DNA from: Aplysia californica
Lineage: Eukaryota
DNA length: 63,783 bases
Direction of reading: 5' to 3'
Assembly: GCF_000002075.1 (NCBI RefSeq)
Contig: NW_004797293.1
Span: 1,067,942 to 1,131,724 of the forward strand
The notes under the pieces were generated by a model. That model did no database searches and was not told the DNA's origin. It saw nothing but the letters and a program-made list of their open reading frames with translations. Positions 11,855 through 24,100 of the stretch are shown here, in pieces. Positions within the stretch are counted from its first letter, which is position 1, and each line of letters starts with the position of its first letter. The translations under genes and the position numbers were made by a program.

Positions 11855-13814
11855 TAAGGCAATATATCACATATCTCTCGTCTCTCTTCACACTTACTAA
11901 TGTTCAAATTTTTTTATATATGTATATGCTCATCAGTGGATTGCCACTTTTATACATGTACCCCTATTTTTCTTTTTTACTGTTGGTAAGGGACCTTCTA
12001 TTGTGGGTATTACTTTCTTGCCTTGTGGAGTGAGAGAATGGATCATCAACTAAAGCAACTGTGCTGCAGTACTGAAGTCAGGTGTTTTTTTTCTGGAACT
12101 GAGGGAGAACTAGTCTAGTTTTTTGTTGATGTTTTTTTTATTTTTTAAATTTTTTTAAAAACTCAAATTGCTTTCAACGCATATTTTGATGTAAGCTGTA
12201 TTGACATGTTCCTAAAGCTAGGAATTGCAACTAGTTTTAGATTTAAAAAACAAACCCGAATTCAAAAGGGCGTAAAAGTTTGTGCTCTTTTACTCTTTGT
12301 TTTAACTTGAGGACAAGTATGTTTGGGACTTCGGTCATCCTCAAAAATATTATTTTTTTTATTTCTATGTCAAGAAAAAAGACAAAAAACATTTCCACAT
12401 GAAACTTATATTTATGATTATGACATTGAAGGTTTTCAGTGTTTACCGTCGCAATTGTCATAATGTTCATGATATAAGAATTTTTCGGAATAATTCATCA
12501 TCTCATGCAGGACCTTATCAGTCTTACCAAAATATCTGAATTTCCATTTTCTCATTCTGATATTGTTTTGTGAGCAATGATCACCATAATTTGTTCATTT
12601 ATTTGGAGTCCATCATTGTATTTGAACAATACAGAAGTCAAATGTTATCTTCTTATAGTGAGAGGCTAAGTAGGGCCAAAGTTTTGTTATTTATGCCAAG
12701 CAACTGCCTGAAACATTAAAAACAATTGAAAAGTCTTTGCTACATGGTGCTGTATGTTCCTTTCTTTGTATTATATAAAGGAGTTATTAGTAGTTTTCAA
12801 GGGTCCATTTTTGTAGCATTTGCAATACTGTTTATCTGTGAGTATGTATGCTCTGAGAACTTTGTTTTTGAAAAAAAAAAATGTCTTCTTTGTTTTCTGA
12901 AGGTACCGTATAAAAATTAAAAGGTGTACATTTGAAATATCTTATTCGAATCTCTTTAATATTTTTCTCTTGCCTTTTAATGTAAATGTGACACAGTGTG
13001 TCTCTGATAATGATATTCTTTCCAGCTGAATTTTTCTAGTGCCTGTCTCATTGATTTCAGGTAGCACTGGTCATAAAAGAGGTTGTTATGCATGAAATAT
13101 CATTGTAACAGCTGTTTAGTTTTCAGTTTTCAGCTTACTATAGAACAAGCAAACTTGAGAAAATGGTCTATAGCCTTATTCTTATATTTTTATGAGACCG
13201 TGCTTGAGATTTTATCATGTTTGAATCTCATTCCAAATGTTTTTCTTTCTGCGAGTGACCAAACACTTTTCTTACAGTTTACCATTTTTTAAAAAGAATC
13301 ATATTTTGAGTTACCCTATGACTCCAATTTAGCCATGTTTTGGTGGTCACTCCCATCACTGGAGTTGAAGTTGAAATTAAAAATTTGTGAGATGTTTGGG
13401 TGACTGACGATCTAAATAAACTTTCTTCTGTATTACGAGGACAATTGTTGGACAATTTGTATCATTTTGTGGCATTGCTTACATACTTGATGATGTGGAA
13501 AAAAAAAGGGGGAATGATTCAAACAGTGCATCCTTTTCATAAATCTTTTGGATTAGGAAAGGAAAGTCCAACTCAGTTGGGCATGTACAACTCAAACCTC
13601 CAACACATTGGGTGAGGATTGACAAGTGTGTTCGACACATCCATAATATGGGTGAACTAATTAACAAAAAATTAGCCGGGGAATGGCAAACTGTATGTGC
13701 TGTCTGTGATGTAGAGTTTTCTGTGTTCGTGTTATCTGTGCTCGACCTTTTGAGTCTGAGGTAGACTAAAGAGAAGCATATAGACACAATACCAAGTCAA
13801 ACTTTTAGAAGTAC

Positions 13815-14008
13815 AAGTGGGTGGTTGGCGGCTGCTCTGGTGTGGTTTGCTTCTTCTTTCCTATCAAACATCTATCGTCCTTATCTCTCCTTCTTCTTTT
13901 TTGTTTGTTACTCTCTTATAACACCTCTATTCTTCTGGCGCTCATATGACTATGACCTTATGCAGTTGCGAGTGCCGTAAAACCTCTATAAAAACTAAAC
14001 TAAAACTT
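13815..14008 (+). mobile_element. Short retroelement (body type 2) with the shared stem-loop tail; copies at 43125-43280, 52815-52975 (-), 53055-53222, 54965-55125
   Basis: Conserved GCTCTGGTGTGGTTTGCTTCTTCTTTCCTATCAAACATC...CTTATCTCTCC...GCGCTCATATGACC(TTA)TGCAGTTGCGAGTGCCGTAAAAC followed by an A-rich tail. Confidence 0.75.
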
Positions 14009-14387
14009 TTAGATGGAATCCTTTTGGAAAGAGAGAAAGGCCAAATAAAGTACTTGGAGGAGGGGCTCCTTAAATTTTGATCTTAAACAAATGGGATACA
14101 GCTGGATGGAGGTAGGGATTACAGCCCAGCCAATAAGTAAATGATGAGGTCTTGTTGATGGCATATACTCCGGCATGGGGTAAGAAGAGAAAGGATTATG
14201 ATGACGATGGATATATATTCATACATGATGTAATTGGCGGCAAGAAAACCTGCCTCCAACAAGGTTCTGGGACATGATAATGTTTGGTTTAGGAGGAGGA
14301 GATGGGCCATTTTGTCAAATGGTACTGAATGATGCATCATGTTCAGCACCTGAACAATCACTGTAGACATAACACTTTAAGATAATA

Positions 14388-15612
14388 TGTGAGGCATCGG
14401 GGAGAAATCAGGCGCTCTTCAAAATAATCAAATAGAACAAAACTGGTACAGTCGAACCTGCCCTGACGGCCATTTTCCATTTCCCCCTTTTCGTTTTTTC
14501 TATATATTTTAACTGTGTAAAATGGGCACCTGTGCAACGTGGCCGCGGCCACCATATTTTAACACTCAACCCCTATAACACCAAACAATGACACCTGTCT
14601 TAGACGGCCACCTTAATGACTATTACGTTTTGTCAAAAATTGTGTATTGGCCCCTGACGTGGGCGAGCCGTCATAATCCAATCACCTGTCGTTGTTGTTA
14701 GGTAGTTCCTCCAACAGATCATATTGCGTAGGCCCCTCCCACTGTTGACCAATAGGTAACAAATTTTCAGCTGCTGATGAGGTAAGCGTGTGATCCCTCA
14801 TAAGCCCCGCCCACAACTAGACAATTCGTAAGTGAGATGAGCGGTCCCTGTTTACCCAGTCTGTGACAAAGTAACGAAGGACATCAACATGAACTTGTAA
14901 CAGAAGGCGTCACTCGTTCTCAGAGAGGTGGCGACCCATGTGTTTGTTTTACCAAAGCACTCGGTCCTCCTTGTCTGACACATTTCATTTTATTGTCACT
15001 CTTGCACAAAAGCAGCAACGAAATTATGGAAAAAAACCACAGCAAAAAAAACGAAAACAACAACAATAACAACAACTATGCGGCTATCTTCAATGGGAAC
15101 TCAGAAAGGAATGGTTTGTTTTCTTCATCTTGATCAGTCCTGCCTAAGACGGCCACCTGTCTTATACGGCCACTTTCCTCCTTGACAATGGGTGGTCGTC
15201 TTACTCAGGTTCGACTGTATTTTTCTTCCCATTTGAAAATTATTTTGAATTTTTGTTTTTTTGGCTCAATTAACTCAATACGTCTTATATTAATTCAAAC
15301 ACATGAACATGTGGATTTTACGGAAAACTTTGATAACAGGCACCAAAAAATGTAAATTTGCATTATCCAAAGACTATGGAATTAGACCAAACTTTGGCTG
15401 CCATTTTCTCGCTAATTTTATCTCGGAAACTAGAGGATCCCCACCAGTTTCAATCACAATTGGTGAATTATCTCTACTCATATTTAAAGTAGATGCATAT
15501 TTTTCCCATGGAAAGCAAGACAAATTACAAATGAACAAGGTGTAGGATAATGTCAGTAACTCCAAATGCCCAAAAAATTGACAAACGCTTGATTCCACAA
15601 CATTGCAACACA
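14388..15612 (+). mobile_element. MITE family A copy interrupted by MITE family B
   Basis: Left TIR at 14388. The body resumes at 15220 and ends with TTGACAAACGCTTGATTCCACAACATTGCAACACA. Confidence 0.7.
14449..15217 (+). mobile_element. MITE family B (pogo/Tigger-like, ~770 bp); partial copies at 24664-25290 and 44630-44700
   Basis: TA|CAGTCGAACCTG ... CAGGTTCGACTG|TA, with subterminal GACGGCCACCT repeats. The internal sequence matches 24800-25210. Confidence 0.8.
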
Positions 15613-18198
15613 CAAAAATTCGACAAAAGTTTGAATTGCAAATCTACAAGACTTTATTAATAATTATATATATGCCAAAAGACAGTACAGTTTCACAAAA
15701 AGACACTACAACTTTGTAGTAAGAGTCTTAGAAAAATCATGTAAAGTATCTATTGCACACAAAATTTCAATTTATCATATGACATACTGATGACAATATT
15801 GATAATACTGATTACCTGGAGACAAACACTGCCACTTCAGGGTGTTTTTTTTAATGCAATATAATCAAAGCACAGGGAACATTTGACAATATTTAATATA
15901 GTGGACTTCACATTAACAAACTCTTGCAACACAATGACCACTACTCCTGAGCATGTTTGTACATTTTAATCTTTTAAATCATTTTAAGTGTCTCAAAAGG
16001 ATACACTTGAACACTTCAATCATTACTCGATTGCCATCCACTAAGTACTTATGTCGTGTTAACATCCTTGTGGTTTTGCTTGCAAGAGGGAAGTGCATTT
16101 CATATTAGTAGAGTGGGCCCCCAGCTACAACAGGGCTGCAGGGACGGACATGATGTCCCTCTATTATATCTGAATGCTGTTATTTTATTGAGCAGGATCA
16201 AGTTTATACAAAATAACTAATGATCAAAGAATCAAATTGTTTTATTACATAGGATACCCACTCCTTATTTATCACTATCAATTATTGTTCCTTTCTTTTT
16301 CTGTGACATCTTTTATCTCATCTTTATCTTATTTTATTTAGTTTCATCAAAGAGGGAGGTTGACCGGACATAATTTGAGATGCGCAAGTAATATTTATAC
16401 CATTTGCATTTATATAGTGCATATAATGATATATCCATGCTTCTCAGAGTCCATAGCATGCTCTCTGCACTTTACAATTATTCATAGTTGAATAGTTATA
16501 TGTATTATGTACCACAATTAAGAAAAGGAAAATACATAGATCTGTGGCACATCTATCGCCCAGTGTCTACTTTTCATTCAGTCTTTTATTTCTGTTACAA
16601 GTCTCACCATCCGCGGAGAGACAATGTGGTACCAGACCAAGGTCATGTCAGAGAGTCTACAGACCCACTACTACTAGAGACCTCTTTTTGTAACAATCAC
16701 TCTAATGATGCTTTCCTGGGAAGCGGCATTCAGGATAATTATGTCTGATGTTTATGTGCCCTGGTCTGTACACTAGTGTAGAGAGAGTTGAAAGTAAAGT
16801 GGGGCGGGCAGTTCGTTGCAACAATGCAAGCAAATGCGAGATGGTGACGCAGTGACCTACTTTCAAAGTAAGACGATAAACAGTGCCAATTATCATGAGC
16901 AGTGGGTGTGGGCCAGTGTTGTCTAAGAACAGGATAAACTGTACTGTCAAACCAGAAAAGACATTTCAAATCGAGTTCTCACTACCGACTGCTGATGCTG
17001 AGCCACATTTGATACAGAATGTGTAATACATGACCATGCTGCGTTAGATTTGCACCAGTGACCTCCTTTTGTTACAATCACTGTAGTGATCTCTTTCTAT
17101 TACAGCTGCTCTATTGATGCTTCGCCGAGATGTGGCATCTTGGGTAATTATGTCTGACATTTATGTACCCTAGCTGACATCACTTTGTTTATTCCCTATA
17201 ATTTGTAAATTATCAGCATCATGGTAACTCGTCCCCTAACCCTGTTTCAAGTGTGAATAATAAACACATGGTTTACACTGTACATGATTCAAAATATTGA
17301 TAAGTCAAGCGATTACAAGCTAAACAACTCAACAGCAAAACCGACTTCACCAACATAAAAGAATCCATTCAGTACTTGGACTGCGTTTTCTTACCTTCCC
17401 TACTGATGATGCCTGAAAGGTGGCATTTTTCTTTCAGATGACTTTACCTTCACTGAATAATCGCAGTTGGTAATTTTGATGAGACAATATAGTTGGATGT
17501 TCACAGACAGGTTTTTGGTCAGGAAATAGACCTTACAAGGTTTGTCGCTCTCACACTGAAGTGTAATTCCCTCAGAAGATGACATAACCTTGCGAATAAG
17601 ACTTGCTCTTAGGGCAGAAACATGCAGATATGTACAGAGGCAGTTTTCCATAATGTTGTCTCTGCCACTGCCAGGATTTCATGCAAGGCATCAGAGTATT
17701 CTGAGGGTGCCTGTAGGCTGATCGTTTGTGTCTTGTCATAATTCTTTTCACATAGAAATTTTTGTGTGCAGCACTGTCAAGACTATCAGGCATTTTCTCC
17801 TGTGTCCAGCATCTTCTGGTAGAGTGGACACACATTTGGGTACAATTTGGAACATTCAGCTGCACCGAAGTCCTAAAAACTTTCAACTTTGTCATTAGTG
17901 GGGTCATATTTGACACCATGGGTGGTGATATTTCTCTTGTTGCATCTCCGTTCACTTGTTGTCTGGTCTGTCACTGCATTGGTGAGTGCTGCACAGTGTG
18001 TTATGTAGCTGTGCTGTCTTCAGTGTCCATTCACCAGTGTATTATCGTCAGTCGTTGCCTAACACTTCAACAAGTATTACGTTTTTTGTTTAATCAAGCC
18101 AAGCTTTCAAGCAGGCTATGGCTTGTTTGTCTTGTTTTATGACAGGACTACCACCACAAGTCTTGTCTTACTCACACAAACTTTAACCTGAAAAATGT

Positions 18199-21100
18199 TC
18201 ACCAAAATTCTTTTAAACCATTGTACCCATACATGGAACACTTCCTACCGGCTAACTGACATCCAAACTCAAGGGAATCTCTAATGATGCTGCTGTCTAA
18301 ACCTGAACTCTTTCTTTTCTTCAAAGCATGACCTATAAAACCTGCAACAAAAGTATCGCCAGCGCCAAGAGTGTCCACAGCATTAACGCCTGTCAGGGCT
18401 GATGCCGTCAGAACTTCATCCTTGAATTTTGCAGCAGCACCCAACTCTGCCCATGCACAGATCAGAACAGCTCTGAAAAATAAATAAATAGTGCTGTGAG
18501 GGACCTAAGCTTTCTAGATACAATTCATACATTTAAAGATAAACGTTGAGTTATTTGTTGGGAAATAAATTAAAAAATTGAAGAGGGCACACTTGCTGAA
18601 AAGCAGATAAGAATAAAGATGAAGTTGTAAAACTTGTTTATTTCAAAATAAATTTTCAGTTACAAGAATAATAATATTTTTTTTCAAAAAGAGACTCAGT
18701 ATTATTAAAGAAATAACGATAAACACTGCTTACAATACTGAAACTAAAAATCACAAGGGACTTGTGCAAATATTGAAAAAATGAAAATGTCACATTGGGA
18801 AATTTTATTATAGCTCTATAGCTTTTCCAAACTTTCGAATGTCAGTTATGCTATACACTGAAATAATGTATTTTTACAATACATCTCTACATCTCTGGTT
18901 TACAATAAAAGTGGTTTCTTTTTTGTATCTCACAACATTTGATTTTGGGTAATATTCTAAGGTCTTGGACATAATTGGTCTTTTACAATAGCGACAATTG
19001 GTATTTACGGTGAGGTCATGTACAACTAGTATAAGAAATGCACCTTGCTGCTTCTTGGAAAGTACGGAACAAAAATGCATAAAAGAAAGACTAATTGAAT
19101 ACAAGGAACTATTTACTATTTTAAACACATGTAAATAGCCAGAATTTCATCTGATTATTAGAATTTACAGTAAAATGCTGTTACAGTTATTCTCTTCACC
19201 TTATCAGTAATGGATACAAATTCTATTCTTATGTAGAGAAGTTATCTTTATTATCTGATCTGTTCTAGTATTCCTTTCATTATGCGGCAATGAATCCTTC
19301 ACAGCTAAAGTTGGCTGAGGTATAATGCAGGGTTGAAGCACCAGCCTCTGAAATGATGTAAATAGTGTTGAAATAGTTGAAAGGGCATAAGACTGACAGC
19401 ATTACATGATCAGTTGTTTCTTTTTTTTGCCTACAAACACTTTTGTATTTCCAGAATTGAGGGGCGAGCAGAAAGTGATGTTCATGAATAAAACTGTTTT
19501 TCAGCTTCGAGCCAAGATTTACCCTTTGTGACAGTGATTATAGAGCCCTTTCACTGCTGAAACTGGATCTTCAAATCCTTGTATGCTGGCAAAGTCTTTG
19601 CTGATGAAGACAATATCAGCTTTTGACATCACTGCTTCTGCAAAGACACAACAACCACCATTTTCACTTCACGATTACAAAGTTATGTTAATGTCAAGAT
19701 GAACAAATCAGTATAAACAATTTTATTTTTAGATGAAATGAATACTATAATTCTGTGGGATCAAGCAAATGACATGTGTTAAACACCATTTTATCCAAAA
19801 CAGAAGTTCGGATTCGTAAACATAATTCATAACAACAGATTCATGAGAGCCAGTGTCATGTAGGGATAAACAGAGAGAAAGATGAGGACTACAGAGATGT
19901 GGGGAATGCAGTTCCCGTCTTAAGAAGTGTTGAAGTGTATTACATGCAAATTTGTAAACATTAAGTCCAGCAGTGTGTTTTCTTCAATTGTGATATCACA
20001 TAATTCCAATTGGTTAAGGGCCTCACCAGTGTGAGTTTTATCCTCCTCCCTGTTCAAGTTCAACACAGGGCAGATTTTGGAAATCGAAGATTTTTTTCAG
20101 AAGAAAAGACAGTAATCACAAAAGAAACTTAACACTCAAGAATATGTCACATGACAGAAATGTGTCTTTGAGCATAGCATGCTTTCATGCTGTGCATGTG
20201 CATGCAGAAACAACCACACAAACCTGAGTTTGATATGTCTGGTTTCTCTATCTCTAAGGATATGACCACGGGCTGCTTCAAGCTTGTCCCAAGACTTGTG
20301 TTATAGCTGAGCACATCTTCCATCATGAGCTCATAGTCTTGAACATTGCTCCCAAGCTTTTGGATGACACAAACGTCGGGAATGATCAGTCTAAACACTA
20401 CAAACAGAGAAAATTTGGAGAACCACACTTAGATCAGATGAAATAAAAATAATATGGATTGCCAGTGTAAGTCCTTACGTCACTTTTCTAAATGGATTAT
20501 TGCGGAGTCTTACACTAACTTGATTAAGCTGTCGACATACATATTTACATGTATATATACATATGTGTGTCACAATACCATCAGTTATGGGGTATAGTTT
20601 TTGGTGTCATCTTAAAGCTTGTTCATTTGTCTTGCTTTTGATGAAAAAAATACCCATCTACCTTGAATAGAAGTAGAAGATATTTTTGATTGAAGGGGAT
20701 GGAGGTCCTGGTGTCAGAGCTAAAATTTCCCCCCAAAATGGCCGCCAAAGTTAGACGGCTTCCAATGTTTAAGTGTCCCTGGAAATGTCAAATTTGCTTT
20801 TTTTGTTCGTCTTTCTTCAACATTTTTCCGTAAAATTCAGACCGAAAAGTGTTTTTAAATGGACTTAAAAGATGTTGAGTCAAAAAAATACCCCAACGAG
20901 AAGAAAATGCCATTTCTAGGAACCCCCCATTTGATAAAGATTACCCAACGAGTGGAAAAATGTCACTTTTTTTTCAGTATCATTTTTTTAAATGAGCGAC
21001 TGATTTCATCACAATGCCACACATCATGTATGCAATGCATAATGAATAAAAGGATAGACAATTACAAGTCAAGATAGTCTATAGAAACGAAGGTCTGAGG

Positions 21101-24100
21101 GGCCAGTCAAACTGAATAACACTGGGGTGAGTAACTAAGAAAGAAGAATAGACGAGAAAAAAAGATTATCCCACTAAAACTGTGCAGAATAAATATATAG
21201 GAGAAAAATTGTCACCTTCCATCAAGAGATAATTGACTATTATTATCTTTTCTTAGGTGAAAAAGATTTGAAACACTATATCACAAAGAAAGATAGTAGT
21301 GATTGTTCAGCAACTGCTAAATTGGCAACAAACAACAACAATGACTACGTACGGTACTACTTTAAGTTACTTGGATGATATCTCTATCCTTTCGTAATAC
21401 ACATTCAGAGAAAGGATTTTGATTTAATGGTTCTCCTTGATCATATGATGAAATTTGCCCACCAACGATCAAATTTAATCTACTAAACAGAAAAACTGGT
21501 GAACATACCTCAAAATGAACCTGTGCATATGCAGAAAAATTCCTTTTCAGTTTCTCATGAAAGGCACGGTATGTTAATTTTGGCTGGTCCCTACAAATAT
21601 TCAAGAAAGAAGCAAGTTTGTTCAGGAAAGCAATAAAACCCCATAAAATATGCAATATAGCAAAGACACAGGAGCAAGAGGGCCTAATTTCAAGACAGTG
21701 ACACACCCTCTAGTCCCAATTATCTATTCTATATGATATTGATCATACTCATGACAGCACTCCTGAAAAATGTAACTCAGAAAAAGAACTGTTTCCTTAT
21801 TTTTCCTTTAAATAGACTATATTATTATAAAGTTCTACTAAAAACATGGCATCATTTGCCGACATAGAACCCACCCACAAGAAGAAGTAGGTTACTTTTG
21901 GCTGTGTGGGACACAATCTAGCAGACAAAGACATCATAACAATTTCTCTCCACCTGGGAATTAAACTTATATTCTACACATTTAAAAAACCCAGCTTAAA
22001 CTGTATATCACAGATGCCAGTCCACCCCAAATACCAGATTTGCCTGACTATGATTGTAAGTGTAAAAATAGTTATTAAAAATAGAACCTCGAGACTTTAC
22101 TAGCATTTCTCGAACAGAGTAGGATTGAGTTTACAATTTAAAGCGGTTTAATAAAATGAGAGATTCGACTCTCTATATCTAATGAGTTCAAGAACATTGA
22201 GATCAATTAAGTCCTTGCAGAGCAGGGTCTGATGTGTCTTTGAAGACATCTACATATATACATATGAGATTTAAGGTGTAGGAAACATTCATCCTTCCGA
22301 ACTCCATGAATTATATGACTCAATTTTAGAACAATTTCCTTTTAATGTTGTAATGGTTGTAAAGTGAACAAAGCATGTTGTAGAGCATGGATATGCACTA
22401 TATAAATGCAATCATTATTATTTTTATCTTTATTATTATTATTATTATCGTAATAAACTTTGACATACCTGGGATAATGCAGGATAGTTCTTGACCCTGT
22501 GGTCTGGCACAAAATGCATGTGGACACAGGACACAGACAACTTTCCATGACACAGTGGCTGGTGTCAATTCCCATCGCACTGAAATCTTCCTGAATCCAA
22601 CTGAAAAGGAGAAGGAACATACACCATGGACCTTGATTTTTTTCATTGTATGTGAAGGTAGTCAAAGAAAGAATAAATTTGATTAGAATAAAAAAAAACT
22701 TTGAAAAAACAGCGATGAAAGAAAAAGACAATTTATAAATACACAGCAGAAGCAAAATTCTTAACTCTTTATCTGATCTCCAAGGGGGGTAAACCACTAT
22801 ACTATCTACTATGCAGGGCCCCTTTTTTGGTAAATGTAAAAAGTTGTTTCTGCATCCGATCCGGACATTAGGGATTACCTTGTTAGTGAGACGACTTCCT
22901 GGGCCTTCGGCATATTGTGGTAGGGTGGTACAAGTACAAAATCCAAAAATGACGAAAACATCACTAAATGGGTCATTACAAGTCAATTATTTTGATAGTT
23001 CTTCATCTAATGAATGAACTCCCCATAAAAGAGACCTGTTTTCCAATTGCTGAAAAGTAATTAATTGATGCCAAAGTCGTAAAGGAATGAAGCTCTACCC
23101 GAGCGGCTCACTGCGAACTGCTGGGAGTGGTTTGCAGGAGATAAAAAAAGAGTTAAACTGCAGCATTCTTTTTTTTAGTTGAAGAGAGATATTGTGAGAT
23201 ATCTACTTTTCTGAAGGGGGGGGGGGTTGAAGTTGCAGAAAGGGTGGGGGCTCATTGGTCTAGGGGAAAAAACCTCTGCTCTCACGCCAACGTACCAGGT
23301 TCAATTTCCAATTTGAGTAAGTAAAGTCAGACAATGGTATTGGGATTTTTTCTCACATTTTTCACAACCCCAATGGAAACATATTTATGTAGGCCTAAAT
23401 GTATATATATTCTAGTCCTAATAAGCTCCGAGTTCCAGTATTGGGATTTTCCCCCCACATTTTTCACAACCCCAATGGAAACATAATAATATAATATATC
23501 TAAGTACAAAATGTAGCTACATATTAGTCCTATCAAATAAGCTCGGTGTTCCTCCAGAGTGAACTTTGTACACGTAGATACAGCTGCAGAAAGTAGTGGA
23601 GGATCAGCTGAACAAACAAACTTTTGCATTAGTCCCTACAAAAAGATAAAGATAATGGAGAGTAAAACAAGTAGGCCTACATTACCTGCAAAAACAATAA
23701 TGCTTAGAGCTGAAAAAGTATGATCTTACAGTAAAAAAGATATCCCATGTACTGTTAACCTCCCTCACCCACCCAAACCAAATCTCAAATCTACAGTTGA
23801 CTCCACAGGGGAGGAGACTGAGGAAGCGGGGCAGGAGAGGAAAAAGTAGAGGAGGAAGAGGGGTAGGAGAAGAAAAAGGTGGAGGAGAAGAAGAAGAAGA
23901 AGAAGAAGAAGAAGAAGAAGAAGAAGAAGAAGAAGAAGGAGAAGGAGAAGGAGAAGAAGAAGAAAGAGTAAGAGGAGGAGGATCAGGAGGAGGAGGAGGA
24001 AGAGAAGGAGGAAGAGGAGGAGAGCATCATAGAAGAAGTCTAAGAGAAAGAATTCCCACGCAAAAAACTGTACCACGCCTCAGCTCCAGCATTTCCAAGG

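Noticed and set aside
17572-17955. 127-aa ORF downstream of the KHK stop, and an acceptor-like TTTTTCAG right after the stop
   Set aside because: No recognisable domain, and all frames from that acceptor close quickly. Treated as 3'UTR.
23540-23610. Possible second KHK exon 3 (acceptor TTTGTTCAG on -)
   Set aside because: Immediate in-phase stop and no similarity to exon 3.
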